Position numbers and translations under genes: made by a program
Virus record (IMG/VR): IMGVR_UViG_2030936005_000022
Location: 62,001 to 126,000 of that record
Length of the DNA: 64,000 nucleotides
Source of the DNA: an uncultured virus (IMG/VR IMGVR_UViG_2030936005_000022)
Taxonomy: Duplodnaviria > Heunggongvirae > Uroviricota > Caudoviricetes
Strand: one strand, 5' to 3'
The notes under the pieces: generated by a model
What the model was told of the DNA's origin: nothing
Database searches by the model: none
Seen by the model: only the letters and a program-made list of their open reading frames with translations
Shown: one piece after another, positions 27,638 to 37,797 of the stretch
How positions within the stretch are numbered: the first letter of the stretch is position 1
How the letters are laid out: each line of letters starts with the position of its first letter

Positions 27638-29458
27638 ATGGGAAAACCAATAGCAGGAAAGGATCAATATCCTTTCCAAATCAATGGCATTATTGTAGAT
27701 GGTGCTAAAATAAATGGACAAACTTTTGTAAAAGGTCTATACATTTATAAACAACGTTCATATAACTATTATGATTTAATTGATTCTGATGGAAATGTAT
27801 ATGAATTCATCGAAATTACTTGGAGAAAAGAAGATACCACCGTTCTTAATTACTTCGATAACTCAGATTATATTGTTGAAAGCATAAAAGATAATTCATT
27901 TTTTATAAAGATTCAAGATATACCAAGAAACATTTATGGTTTTATTACATTAATACAATCAAACAAAGTTAAAGTTAGTACGGGTGATTATATTTTCTAT
28001 AATGACGAAGATGACTACGCTTTGTTGTCTGTTAGATGTATCCCAGCAACAATTCAAGCAAAGAAAAACCAGCTTGTTTCTATTGATGTTTCATTCCTTC
28101 CATTGGATTTTTCAAATCAAAATGGTAGATGGGATATGGAAACTTCAAATATAGCGGAAGTTGGTAGATCTAATACCAGTACTGGTATATTTAGATGTTT
28201 AGATGTTGGTCATGCACGAGTTACTTTTAACCCTGAAGCAAATACTAAACTAGCTGCAACTGCACAGATTTTCATTACTGAGAATGAACCAACATATACT
28301 TCATTTAGATTTATGCAAAACGTTCCAAATGGAAAATCATTGTCAAATGATAATACATTTTTCCCTGGGGATGAAGTTACATTCACTGCGATTTTTGAAC
28401 CGTTTGGTTTTGTCCCAAGTCACGAATTTGATGTAATATATGATGAAACCGTTTTTGAATATCTTGGTTCGGATGATTTTATTAATTACAAATTTAAAGT
28501 ACTAGATGATACTACCTTTAGTGGTGTAAGAACACGAGTAGAATTGCGTGATGGTAACATGTATGCATTTGATCAACCAATAATCAGGTTACCAACAACA
28601 TCAATATATACTGGCGTAGAAGGTCCATATTTTGTTCGTAGTGGCGAATCATATCAATATGATATGGCATATTATAGCAAGCCAGTAGATCCTTCTTTTA
28701 CTTGGGGTGTACAAAATTCAAGCTTAGGGACTATTACATCTGATGGTGTGTATTCCCCGGTCGGAACTGGTGACAACCGTGTTTATCAAAACACAAACGG
28801 TGGGATGAACTTGAACTACAAAAATGTAAAATGTTCTCCTTATGTACCAGATCGCTATGTATATTCACCAAGTGACCGTTCTGTATATTTTGTCGGAGAG
28901 GAAATCCAACTAACGGCAGCTACCATTCCTAGTTCAGTTTCATTGATAGGTGGAAAGTGGAGAAGTAGAAATAACAATGATTATGAATATTTCTCAGTAA
29001 GTACTTCAGGTGTATTGAAAATTTTAAAAGCACCAGACCAACCAACCAAACAATTTTATGTTGGATTTGCATACAATGGTTCAAGTAATGGTGGCGGTAC
29101 AGTTACGGATACAGTTGAAGCATTGGAAAAAACATTCATGATAATGGATGTAGATTCAAATGTTCCAATCCAGAGTATTAGAATTTATAATTACGCGGGG
29201 GTAGTTAACGTACCACTAGGTGGTAAAACCTCTACACAGGTAACAGTTTCACCAGTTAATAGTACTGGTAATAAAGGGTGGACTTATGAAATGTCAGTTG
29301 CTGGTATTGTATCAATTGAGTACATTCAAGAGTATAATAACAACTTCTACTTTACACCAGTTATAATTAATGGTTTATCTCGTGGTCAAACTGATATCAC
29401 ATTCACGTGTGTGCAGAATCCTGAAATAAAAGTTATACAAACCATAACTGTTTATTAA
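27638..29458 (+). CDS. Virion protein paralog 4 with Ig-like domains
   Basis: MGKPIAG N-domain; several Big_2-like repeats. Confidence 0.8.
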   Translation: MGKPIAGKDQYPFQINGIIVDGAKINGQTFVKGLYIYKQRSYNYYDLIDSDGNVYEFIEITWRKEDTTVLNYFDNSDYIVESIKDNSFFIKIQDIPRNIYGFITLIQSNKVKVSTGDYIFYNDEDDYALLSVRCIPATIQAKKNQLVSIDVSFLPLDFSNQNGRWDMETSNIAEVGRSNTSTGIFRCLDVGHARVTFNPEANTKLAATAQIFITENEPTYTSFRFMQNVPNGKSLSNDNTFFPGDEVTFTAIFEPFGFVPSHEFDVIYDETVFEYLGSDDFINYKFKVLDDTTFSGVRTRVELRDGNMYAFDQPIIRLPTTSIYTGVEGPYFVRSGESYQYDMAYYSKPVDPSFTWGVQNSSLGTITSDGVYSPVGTGDNRVYQNTNGGMNLNYKNVKCSPYVPDRYVYSPSDRSVYFVGEEIQLTAATIPSSVSLIGGKWRSRNNNDYEYFSVSTSGVLKILKAPDQPTKQFYVGFAYNGSSNGGGTVTDTVEALEKTFMIMDVDSNVPIQSIRIYNYAGVVNVPLGGKTSTQVTVSPVNSTGNKGWTYEMSVAGIVSIEYIQEYNNNFYFTPVIINGLSRGQTDITFTCVQNPEIKVIQTITVY

Positions 29459-29462
29459 ACAT

Positions 29463-29488
29463 AAAAGGAGCCATCGGCTCCTTTTTTT
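29463..29488. terminator. Bidirectional terminator between convergent blocks
   Basis: AAAAGGAGCC-ATC-GGCTCCTTTTTTT. Confidence 0.85.
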
Positions 29489-29764
29489 ATTGGTAATCAT
29501 TTAGTTTCTGCATTACTAAATCAGCATCAATCTTACTTTTGTAGTACACCCTGAACAACCCAAAACGACATACATCAATGTCACCATAATTTGTTGCGTT
29601 CGTTAGGTAGTACTTATGCTTCGTTGGTTCGTAACGTACTTTAAAATTACGACGACCACGATTCAAGTCAATTGATGTTTTCCGATCTCCGATATGGATT
29701 AGTAAGGCAACTATTAAAAAATTAATAACAACAACCCTACCGAGCCAATTAGTGGATAGAACAT
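29487..29764 (-). CDS. Membrane-anchored hypothetical protein split by an indel in a T6 run (29716-29721); not in ORF track
   Basis: MFYPLIGSVGLLLLIF continues as LIVALLIHIGDRK...LNDYQ* if one T is added. Confidence 0.55.
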
Positions 29765-29765
29765 A

Positions 29766-30239
29766 TTATTCCCCCAAATCAGATAGTTTGTGAACTTTAA
29801 TCCCAGCATTCTTTAGTACTGAAACCGCAGCTTCAGGAGTGCGAGGGTATTCTTTTTCGTAAATTACAGTCGTGATACCACTCCCTGCAATTAACAAGGA
29901 ACAAGTATAGCACGGTTGAAGAGTACTGTAAAGCGTTGCTCCAACCCTATCTTTTGGTGCACTGTAAAGTAATGCATTCATCTCAGCATGGATTTCATGG
30001 TGCATAGACCACTCGTGGTGCTCGTGTTTCGCTTCCTCAGAGACCCAATTTTGAAGCTCACCATTATGTACTAAATGGGAGTTATGGTCACAGCAGTTCA
30101 CCTGCTTCGCTGGAGTGCCATTGTAGCCAGTACTCACGATGCGATCATTTTGTACAATAACCGCACCCACATGATGAGAGATACATTTACTCTCATCAGC
30201 TACGTCTTTAGCGATCTTCATCCAAGTTGAGTGTTTCAT
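29766..30239 (-). CDS. cd: dCMP deaminase
   Basis: S.C...VGAVIV, TGYNGTP, HAEMNAL, TLQPCYTC. Confidence 0.93.
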   Translation of the reverse strand: MKHSTWMKIAKDVADESKCISHHVGAVIVQNDRIVSTGYNGTPAKQVNCCDHNSHLVHNGELQNWVSEEAKHEHHEWSMHHEIHAEMNALLYSAPKDRVGATLYSTLQPCYTCSLLIAGSGITTVIYEKEYPRTPEAAVSVLKNAGIKVHKLSDLGE

Positions 30240-30705
30240 CGTATACGCCTCCTTCTACTAGAATTTCTTTCAATTCTTCATGCCATACGAATAGATTTTG
30301 ATACATTTCCAAATCACCTTCTTGGATCTGGAAAGGTTGTGATGCGTAACGCTCCCACTTGTCTTTTAAACGCTGTAGTACAGCATCACGCTTATCACGA
30401 TACACAAAACGCGTAACACGCATGTAATAACATAACTTGTCTGGAATTGGATCTACTTTTCCAATCTTACCAAATATTGCATAGGACTCATGATAGTAAC
30501 CATCCCATCCAATACGCAAATCTTCAAACGCCGCTCCACCATGCCATAGTTTACCAAAGAAACCATAACGTTCATTGTACTGAGTCTCGCGGTTATCATA
30601 TACACTGTTATGATATTTTTTAACAGCAGTGCGGAGTGTAAGAAGTTTGTTTAGATTCTTGATCCAAATTGCTGTTTGTTTTGGTGTTAAAGTAGCTAGA
30701 ATCAT
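30208..30705 (-). CDS. Hypothetical protein (weak paralog trio 30208-31743)
   Basis: Similar size and C-terminal (R/N/E)Y...P(F/Y/V) pattern. Confidence 0.7.
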   Translation of the reverse strand: MILATLTPKQTAIWIKNLNKLLTLRTAVKKYHNSVYDNRETQYNERYGFFGKLWHGGAAFEDLRIGWDGYYHESYAIFGKIGKVDPIPDKLCYYMRVTRFVYRDKRDAVLQRLKDKWERYASQPFQIQEGDLEMYQNLFVWHEELKEILVEGGVYDETLNLDEDR

Positions 30706-31229
30706 TTCTTATCTCCAAGAATATAACTGTAATAATACAATTTAGTACTTAGACCTTCTAACTCATCCAACCATTCCTGATCGATAGTATAAGGTACTTG
30801 CATGTAATTTTCCATTTTGTGGATCATATCAGTCCATACCTCGTATTCACGATATGCACACATAGAAGCCATACATGCTGCACTAACCATATTCACTTCA
30901 CCCAAAATATCTAAATAAGAATTTTTGGTTAGTTTTGCAATGGTTTTAGGGCGTAGATTGGCTGACCAACCATCTTTATTGGAAATCGTTTTACGATTAC
31001 TACTTTCAATATTAACAACAATTCCTTTAGTAAGAGTAATCTTCTTACCAAACTTCTCAATGCTCATTGGTTTAAAACCGAAGATGCTATGATGGTTGTT
31101 TACGTAATCATCATACCAACCCAAAAATGCAGTCACTGCACTTTGTTGTACGCGGTTGATGATATCTACTGCATCTTTTAGATCGTTATAGAATTTAGTA
31201 CTTTGTTCTTCAGTTAGATTGTATTGCAT
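30702..31229 (-). CDS. Hypothetical protein
   Basis: Likely start MQYNLT. Confidence 0.7.
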   Translation of the reverse strand: MQYNLTEEQSTKFYNDLKDAVDIINRVQQSAVTAFLGWYDDYVNNHHSIFGFKPMSIEKFGKKITLTKGIVVNIESSNRKTISNKDGWSANLRPKTIAKLTKNSYLDILGEVNMVSAACMASMCAYREYEVWTDMIHKMENYMQVPYTIDQEWLDELEGLSTKLYYYSYILGDKK

Positions 31230-31743
31230 CGTTAAATTTATCCCATTCGTTTTCAAGGTAATCCAAACGTTCACGTAGATTACGGATTAGTTTAATGTCT
31301 TCAGGACTGAATTCTACAGGATTTTCTGCATATTCTTCTAGAAGAATTTGGAAATCAATAAACTTTTCATGATTCTGTGTACCTACCCAACAGGCCGCCC
31401 ACACTAAATCTTGAAAATGTTTTTGAGTAAATGCATAATCAAAATCTGCATCAGGGAACCAAGCTGATAAGTACTTATCCAATCCGGTTTTTCTTTTTAA
31501 GAATTCATCATCAAGTTCACGCCATTGACCACCGCAAATTTTATGAACCATGCGATCATAGTCTTTAATGCGTATATCAAATGGACGTAGTAAACTCCAC
31601 CTAAAATCACGGACATGATCACGATGGGCTTCTTCCATTTTGGTTGCAGCACAATTAGTAATAGTACCGCATAACACCCAATAACGATTAAAATCTTTCA
31701 GTACATTAATAGTTTCATCATCTGTAAATTTACGTAATTTCAT
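31210..31743 (-). CDS. Hypothetical protein
   Basis: GAGGT SD. Confidence 0.75.
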   Translation of the reverse strand: MKLRKFTDDETINVLKDFNRYWVLCGTITNCAATKMEEAHRDHVRDFRWSLLRPFDIRIKDYDRMVHKICGGQWRELDDEFLKRKTGLDKYLSAWFPDADFDYAFTQKHFQDLVWAACWVGTQNHEKFIDFQILLEEYAENPVEFSPEDIKLIRNLRERLDYLENEWDKFNDAIQSN

Positions 31744-31756
31744 AATTCACCTCGAT

Positions 31757-31779
31757 AAAAGGCCGCTTTATGGCGGCCT
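31757..31779 (-). terminator. Intrinsic terminator
   Basis: AGGCCGC-N6-GCGGCCT plus T-run. Confidence 0.7.
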
Positions 31780-31786
31780 ATTTCAA

Positions 31787-32227
31787 TTATTTTGGAGAGT
31801 AATCGTATTGCTTTAGATCACGCTCATCTAGGATACCTTCGTCATAACCATACTGTAGCATGATATCGAAAGCGGTGTCAACCTTTTTTAGTACATCACT
31901 GTAACGAGTCACGTCAGCACAATTCTTTTCTACTTCACGAATGAGTAGATTTAATAGAGGTTGCATGTGATCTGCGTGTAGCTTATTCATGCGTGGGCGA
32001 CGTGTCGCAGCTAGAATGTCATTCCATGTTGGTACGAAGTTCGCAGAACGACGAGGAATGTCATAAAGGGTGGTTGGGAACGTACCAGTACTCTTCTTCG
32101 CTGCTTCTTCTTGTGCACTGCGATAACCGCTACGGAATAGTGGACTACGTTGTTTTAGTAGATCCATATCCATTGTGCCGTTTTGTTTGAAGTACTGATA
32201 ACCTTCGTTGTATTGTTGATTACTCAT
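31787..32227 (-). CDS. Hypothetical protein
   Basis: Likely start MSNQQY after AGGAG. Confidence 0.75.
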   Translation of the reverse strand: MSNQQYNEGYQYFKQNGTMDMDLLKQRSPLFRSGYRSAQEEAAKKSTGTFPTTLYDIPRRSANFVPTWNDILAATRRPRMNKLHADHMQPLLNLLIREVEKNCADVTRYSDVLKKVDTAFDIMLQYGYDEGILDERDLKQYDYSPK

Positions 32228-32516
32228 CGTCTTGCTCCTTGATTGCCTTTTTATCGACAAACGTTCCTTCAGTAGAACTTAGTTGTTTTAGTGTATTGAA
32301 TAGTTCCAATGGGTCAATGTTCTTATGGATTAGAATTGCTTTCATCAATTCCATAATATCACTCATACCTTCTAGTAATTCACCTGTTTCTTTACTGAAG
32401 GATAAATCAAGACTGATTTGAGAGATTTGGTCGAACGCCAATGTTTCAAATTCTGAAGTACTGACTACTTCTGCATCACTAGGGGCGGTTAAGCCCCGGA
32501 CTAGTGTTTTAGACAT
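32220..32516 (-). CDS. Degenerate PRA-PH/MazG-like helical protein
   Basis: KTLVR...LLEGMSDIMEL...EGTF resembles KLVRD...EELADILE...RGGF. Confidence 0.4.
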   Translation of the reverse strand: MSKTLVRGLTAPSDAEVVSTSEFETLAFDQISQISLDLSFSKETGELLEGMSDIMELMKAILIHKNIDPLELFNTLKQLSSTEGTFVDKKAIKEQDDE

Positions 32517-33193
32517 TAAATCCACTCCTGCACACCACCACGGCGTACTACTAATAGTTTACCATCTTCGTTACGCTCACCCATTAGGATACCATCGATG
32601 AAGCCTTTTGTGCCGTAGTTTAGTGCTTGTTCAGCAGTCATCCACATATCACGGATGGTATCTTGCTTGTACTGCTCGTAGGTAACACCAACAGCTTCAG
32701 CAATTTCACGAGCTAGCATTTCATCTAGTAGCTCACTGTGAGCTAGAGAGATTTTCTGGTCAGCTAGTGTACCTTGAGTACCGGAAGATACTTGGTGTGC
32801 CATGATTTGAGCACGTTTCCCCGCTAGACGTAGGCCCGGTGTACCCATAGTTGATTGCATGTAACAACCCATTGATGCAGCCATACCTAGTACAACTGTG
32901 CGGATTGGTGAAGTCATGCAAGAAACGATATCAGCGATACCTAGACCTGCGTGTACTGAACCACCCGGTGAAGTAATGTAAATGGTAATTGGTTCATTAC
33001 TTTGTGAATCCATCCAGTGCAAGGATTGCTTGACGATGTGAGCCATGTTGTCATCAAAACCAGCATCAAGGAAAACAACACGGTCTACAAGTAGGCGTGA
33101 ACCTAGATCATAAGCACGTTCGCTACCATTGGATTTCTCAATTACCATTGGCACGGATAGGTTAGAAGGGCTAGTGTTTGTATTCATGTTCAT
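32516..33193 (-). CDS. clpP: ClpP-like serine protease subunit
   Basis: YDLGSRLLVDRVVFL, YITSPGGSV, GMAASMG, IMAHQ, RDMWMTAEQALNYG. Confidence 0.92.
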   Translation of the reverse strand: MNMNTNTSPSNLSVPMVIEKSNGSERAYDLGSRLLVDRVVFLDAGFDDNMAHIVKQSLHWMDSQSNEPITIYITSPGGSVHAGLGIADIVSCMTSPIRTVVLGMAASMGCYMQSTMGTPGLRLAGKRAQIMAHQVSSGTQGTLADQKISLAHSELLDEMLAREIAEAVGVTYEQYKQDTIRDMWMTAEQALNYGTKGFIDGILMGERNEDGKLLVVRRGGVQEWI

Positions 33194-33207
33194 ATTGTTT
33201 CCTCTAG

Positions 33208-33999
33208 TTATACTTCAAAAATAAATTTAGGACTGTAATCAAAATTCTCACTCGCTCCACTAAATGATTCATAACCACGTGGATTGCAAATGATTCTGGT
33301 CTTACCAATGTTATAATCAAAACTACTATGCACGTGACCATGAATCCATACGTCAACGCCTAGTTCTTCAATGTACTGATCCATATCTGAACAATAACAA
33401 CCATTCAGTGAATCGTTTTTGTACTTAGTTGATACACTCTGATAACTTGGTGCGTGATGTGTCACCACCACAATCTTGATATCATTATGCACCAAATCAC
33501 GCTCTGTGTCAACGATCATTTTAATGTATTTTTTGGACTTATGATGCATGAACTCAACATCTTCAACAGTGAGCTTTGTTTTCCACGGCTCATTTACTGG
33601 TCCATGACGGATGTGTTTGTAATCGTTCATCTTCATACGTGCATCAAACTTCACCAACGGATCACCCTTGTTGAAATCTGTCCACAAAGTACTACCAACG
33701 ATTAGTACATCATCAATCCAACAGTAATTGTCCTGCATAAAGATGAAATTAGAAATCTCATCATCCATCTGCTGGAGTACTTTATGCGTCTTGTGAATGT
33801 TAGAACCATAGTACTCGTGATTACCCGGTACGAGTACTACATTCTTGAATTGTTTGCATAGTGCTTCGATACCAGTACGGTAACGACTACGCTTGGTTTC
33901 ATCATAATCACCTGCAATGATGAGTATAGTATCGCTGTAATCATCATCATGGAGATAACCAATTCCACCATGTATGTCCGAAAAGACAACAAATTTCAT
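33208..33999 (-). CDS. Calcineurin-like metallophosphoesterase
   Basis: SDIH, AGD, PGNHEYY, TLWTDF, THHAP, WIHGHVH, NPRGY. Confidence 0.92.
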   Translation of the reverse strand: MKFVVFSDIHGGIGYLHDDDYSDTILIIAGDYDETKRSRYRTGIEALCKQFKNVVLVPGNHEYYGSNIHKTHKVLQQMDDEISNFIFMQDNYCWIDDVLIVGSTLWTDFNKGDPLVKFDARMKMNDYKHIRHGPVNEPWKTKLTVEDVEFMHHKSKKYIKMIVDTERDLVHNDIKIVVVTHHAPSYQSVSTKYKNDSLNGCYCSDMDQYIEELGVDVWIHGHVHSSFDYNIGKTRIICNPRGYESFSGASENFDYSPKFIFEV

Positions 34000-34010
34000 T
34001 TCTCTATCTC

Positions 34011-34436
34011 CTAACTGGTCAATGCCGCTAAGTATAACTCAGGATGCTCTATGTTGTCAATCTTGAATTTAAAGAATTTCTTATCCCTCAAAATATTAGG
34101 GTTTCTCTGGTTGATTAGATAGTTGGTAAGTAAATCTTCTTTACCAATTGAATCATTCATGTAAAGAATTTCAGTACTGGTAGTTATTTTATCAAATGGT
34201 ATTGTTTGTTTGTGTCCAGAACCAATATATCTATTCTTCCGTACTTCATACGTACCATCTTCAATATTATATTCTAGTACTTGATTTGCCAAATATAACA
34301 ATTTGGTATAACCACTAACAATAGGTACACCATAACGGTCAACCCGTTCTGGTGTTTTAAAAACAATAGCCAATTCACCTTTACCACCGTCTACACGGTG
34401 GTGTTCTGAAAATGTCATTATCATGAATGAGTTCAT
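34011..34436 (-). CDS. Hypothetical protein
   Basis: 141 aa. Confidence 0.7.
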   Translation of the reverse strand: MNSFMIMTFSEHHRVDGGKGELAIVFKTPERVDRYGVPIVSGYTKLLYLANQVLEYNIEDGTYEVRKNRYIGSGHKQTIPFDKITTSTEILYMNDSIGKEDLLTNYLINQRNPNILRDKKFFKFKIDNIEHPELYLAALTS

Positions 34437-34437
34437 T

Positions 34438-35868
34438 TTACTTTTTACCTTTTAAAGCCTTAGTAATAGTTTCGCTAAAGACTTTAACTGCACTGGAACG
34501 AATTTCCACAATACGTTCATGTGTATCACAAGTATCTTTATCAAAACGGAATTCAACAAATACAGGTAGGAACACTTTAGGAATCTGAGTCTTCTTATCT
34601 TTGGTTAACTCGTTGCACTCAACAGTAACAACTTTACCTAATAGCTCATCCTTCTTATCCCAAATACTTTGGAATGTCCACTCGTGTCCTTTCTCTTTAA
34701 TACCAGTACCGCAGTTTGTGGTCAAAATACCATCTTCGGATTCTAGTACTAATGAACCTAGCATACCAGTACGTTTACCTTCTCCGGGAAGGAAACCAAC
34801 AATACGTAGATCCATTTGCATCTTGAGTTTCATTTTTAATTGCTTAGGTGAGGTATGAGACTTCCAAATACCACCTTCACATTTAAGTACTGAACCTTCT
34901 TCACCACGTTCCATTAGCTCAGTATTATAAGCAAATGCATCTTCAATGCTTAGAACAGTTTCGTACTCAACCATACGAACAAACTCAGAGTCAACTTCAT
35001 AGATTGCATTTTCTAGAATGTTACGACGCTCACGGCGGTTAACGTCCCAAATTCCTTCACAGAACGCATCGTAAGGCAATACATCCCATAAAACGAACAC
35101 AACCCGCATAGCTTCTGCCATCGTCATAGTGCCTTTCCCAGCCTTCTGGATGATGCCATTGCCAGTTTCACGAGGTTGGATATTACCTTGATCATCCATC
35201 ATCAAGCATTCACCGTTAAAGACTACCCCACTTTTAAAGCGTGGGTCATTACGGGAAATAGCGTCTGCTAGTTTTGCCATTTCTTCATCACGGCTTCCTA
35301 AGAAGTCATATAGTTTACCATTACGGGAAGTACAAGTCAAAGAAGAATTGATGACGGTATGGTTTAAGTACTGACCATCCATCTTCACTTCTGATACTGC
35401 ACAACCGTAAGTATCGAACTCAATATTACGAACAGTTTTGGTATCAATTAGAGAACAACGCATATATGGCTCATCTTTAATAAAGCCTTTACCAAATACA
35501 TCGTTAGTAATTTTATCGCTTGCACCGCAACCTAAATCTTTTGTTAGTACACGTCGAAGTACTTCAGCATCATCATCTGATACAGAACCAAATAGATTAG
35601 CAATGTAATCTCTGCCTGTGTGACCAGTTAGCTTACGAGAGTAGATTGCATCTAGTTTCTCTAGTGCCTCTCCCAATTCCATTCGTTCGCAATAGTTATG
35701 CAAAGGTGCGGGTAGCTTCTTATATCCACTAACAATTCCGGGATCAAGTGCTAGTTTAAGTACACGCTTGAGTACTGGATTATCTTTATTCTCTTCTAGG
35801 ATACGTTTCTTAGCAAGAATACTCGCGTCGTTTTTAATTTCTGTTAGAATTGATAGAATGTCTTTCAT
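34438..35868 (-). CDS. lig: ATP-dependent DNA ligase (T4 gp30-like)
   Basis: EVKMDG (motif I), FNGE, WD, GEEGSVLK, KMK, GTG, FLPVFVEFRFDK. Confidence 0.95.
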   Translation of the reverse strand: MKDILSILTEIKNDASILAKKRILEENKDNPVLKRVLKLALDPGIVSGYKKLPAPLHNYCERMELGEALEKLDAIYSRKLTGHTGRDYIANLFGSVSDDDAEVLRRVLTKDLGCGASDKITNDVFGKGFIKDEPYMRCSLIDTKTVRNIEFDTYGCAVSEVKMDGQYLNHTVINSSLTCTSRNGKLYDFLGSRDEEMAKLADAISRNDPRFKSGVVFNGECLMMDDQGNIQPRETGNGIIQKAGKGTMTMAEAMRVVFVLWDVLPYDAFCEGIWDVNRRERRNILENAIYEVDSEFVRMVEYETVLSIEDAFAYNTELMERGEEGSVLKCEGGIWKSHTSPKQLKMKLKMQMDLRIVGFLPGEGKRTGMLGSLVLESEDGILTTNCGTGIKEKGHEWTFQSIWDKKDELLGKVVTVECNELTKDKKTQIPKVFLPVFVEFRFDKDTCDTHERIVEIRSSAVKVFSETITKALKGKK

Positions 35869-35892
35869 TTTATCCTCCATGAATGGGAAGTA

Positions 35893-37086
35893 TTACTTCC
35901 CAATTTTTAGTTTACCGAACATTACTTTTTCTGGCATTGCCATAAAGACTAGCTTATAGTGCTGGTCGGAATAATTACTGAATCCAGCAAATGGTGTTTC
36001 GGCTCTCCAACCACTAAAGCGTTTGTGTAAATCTAAGTTTACTTCAGGCATTAGCAATTGTCCATTCTCTAGAATTTCTGCATCATATGCGAAGAGATAT
36101 TTAGCTGTGCGGAATTTTTCAGTTTGTGATTTATTACCACTAGTGTAATAACCAGTATTATCATCTGCTGCACCAAGTACTCTCATAATTTTACCACGAT
36201 ACTCAGTATAAACAAAGAACGGGTTGATATCACGTGTTAGTACTTTAGGATCAATTTCTTCGTACTCAACAGTACAATCTTTTAGCTTGAATGGTTTATC
36301 GTCACCAATAGCTACTAGATCATAAGAATCATTCATAATATCAAACTGACCTGCTGGCATGTGTTTGTTGAAATTCATATATTGAAGTTCAACTTGATGA
36401 ATTACATCTTTACGGTCAATAGGCTGATGGCCCACAACATTGATATTATAATACGAGTCTACAATCTTTGTACGAATGAAGTACTTACCAGTATTAGTAT
36501 TAAGAACAACTTCTTTCTTAGAACTCTTCTCTGGAATGCATAGTTCTTTATTCTTATTCATAACTAGTACATGATACTTTCCACAGTACTGGTATAGATC
36601 GTTTTTTGAGCTATCAGTACGGAATAGATCACCTTCTTTAATTTCAGAAAGGAGGTTCTTCTTCTCTTCGGCTTTCTCTTCTTTCTTGATTAGATCGGCA
36701 AAGAGTTTAGTCTTAGTACTTACTAGTTTGCGAGTCTCAGTGAAGAATAGTTCTTCTTGAATAGCACCTTCAATAATTGTACTTGTTTCAATCAAGTCCA
36801 TGAAGTTATCAGACGTGATTTCAAACTCGAAACCTTCTGGGTGACGTACACGCCAAACAACGTTTGAAGTACTGTAACGAGATACGTTAGTAACCATTTG
36901 GAAGCCAGTTTGTGGTGTATTCTCTACGTAGATTTTAGGTAGACGATTGTCGCCCCAACGATCAGCAGTTTCTTTCTTCTTCTGGAATGCTTTAGTATGT
37001 TCTGCATCAGCAACAACCATAAAGCCTAAAATCTCTTCAGTACTGCGATAACAACGGGATACATAAAACTTCTTAGGAATACTCAT
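35893..37086 (-). CDS. Hypothetical protein
   Basis: About 397 aa. Confidence 0.8.
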   Translation of the reverse strand: MSIPKKFYVSRCYRSTEEILGFMVVADAEHTKAFQKKKETADRWGDNRLPKIYVENTPQTGFQMVTNVSRYSTSNVVWRVRHPEGFEFEITSDNFMDLIETSTIIEGAIQEELFFTETRKLVSTKTKLFADLIKKEEKAEEKKNLLSEIKEGDLFRTDSSKNDLYQYCGKYHVLVMNKNKELCIPEKSSKKEVVLNTNTGKYFIRTKIVDSYYNINVVGHQPIDRKDVIHQVELQYMNFNKHMPAGQFDIMNDSYDLVAIGDDKPFKLKDCTVEYEEIDPKVLTRDINPFFVYTEYRGKIMRVLGAADDNTGYYTSGNKSQTEKFRTAKYLFAYDAEILENGQLLMPEVNLDLHKRFSGWRAETPFAGFSNYSDQHYKLVFMAMPEKVMFGKLKIGK

Positions 37087-37310
37087 TTCCACACCTCTTC
37101 TTTTTCTTGCCAGCCTTTTTGATTACAATCAATACAAGGTTCCATATAACGCATATCATTACTCAATACACGTCCAGTACCTTTGCACACAGGACATTCC
37201 CGGCGTGTTCCATTAAGGATACGCTCATGGTGGTTAGCTTCATTTGGATTATCAAATACCTCACCATCTTCAGTTTGGTATTTGATTACAGTTACTTTTA
37301 TTTCTTTCAT
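37083..37310 (-). CDS. Small protein with DnaJ-type Zn finger
   Basis: CPVCKGTG...CIDCNQKG. Confidence 0.7.
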   Translation of the reverse strand: MKEIKVTVIKYQTEDGEVFDNPNEANHHERILNGTRRECPVCKGTGRVLSNDMRYMEPCIDCNQKGWQEKEEVWK

Positions 37311-37795
37311 TACACAAGACTCATGAATGTCATTCTTAGTAAAATATTACCTAGTACTTCACCATAAGTTTCCATGAATTCATCATCACCTAAAAGACCA
37401 CGACGAAGTTGTTCCATATCTTCTACCATCTTTGTCGTACAAAGTACTGCGATGCTAGTGATAGTGTTATTAAGTCCGGGTTCTTTGAATTCAGCAAAAG
37501 GTACAATTGGATATTTTTGTTGGTACAATTGATCTTTCATGCGATTGATAGATACATCACTCTGTAACTTATCTAGGGTTTCTGTTAGTTCGGCTAAACC
37601 ATCATGTGCCATCCCACTTTTTAGCATAATTACAGTTTTATGCTCAGTGGCCCAATCTAGTACTTGCTCTGATAGTTCAGGAAAGTCTCTGTCATCTGAA
37701 GTGTACTTTACAACTAGTTCAACTGCTGAGTGAACACCTTGAATTCCCGGATGATTACCACCACAGTACATATTTGTTAGTAGATATAGTTTCAT
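37310..37795 (-). CDS. Peptidyl-tRNA hydrolase 2-like protein
   Basis: GIQGVHSAVE, W...HKTVIMLK, F.EPGLNNTITSIAV. Confidence 0.65.
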   Translation of the reverse strand: MKLYLLTNMYCGGNHPGIQGVHSAVELVVKYTSDDRDFPELSEQVLDWATEHKTVIMLKSGMAHDGLAELTETLDKLQSDVSINRMKDQLYQQKYPIVPFAEFKEPGLNNTITSIAVLCTTKMVEDMEQLRRGLLGDDEFMETYGEVLGNILLRMTFMSLV

Positions 37796-37797
37796 TA

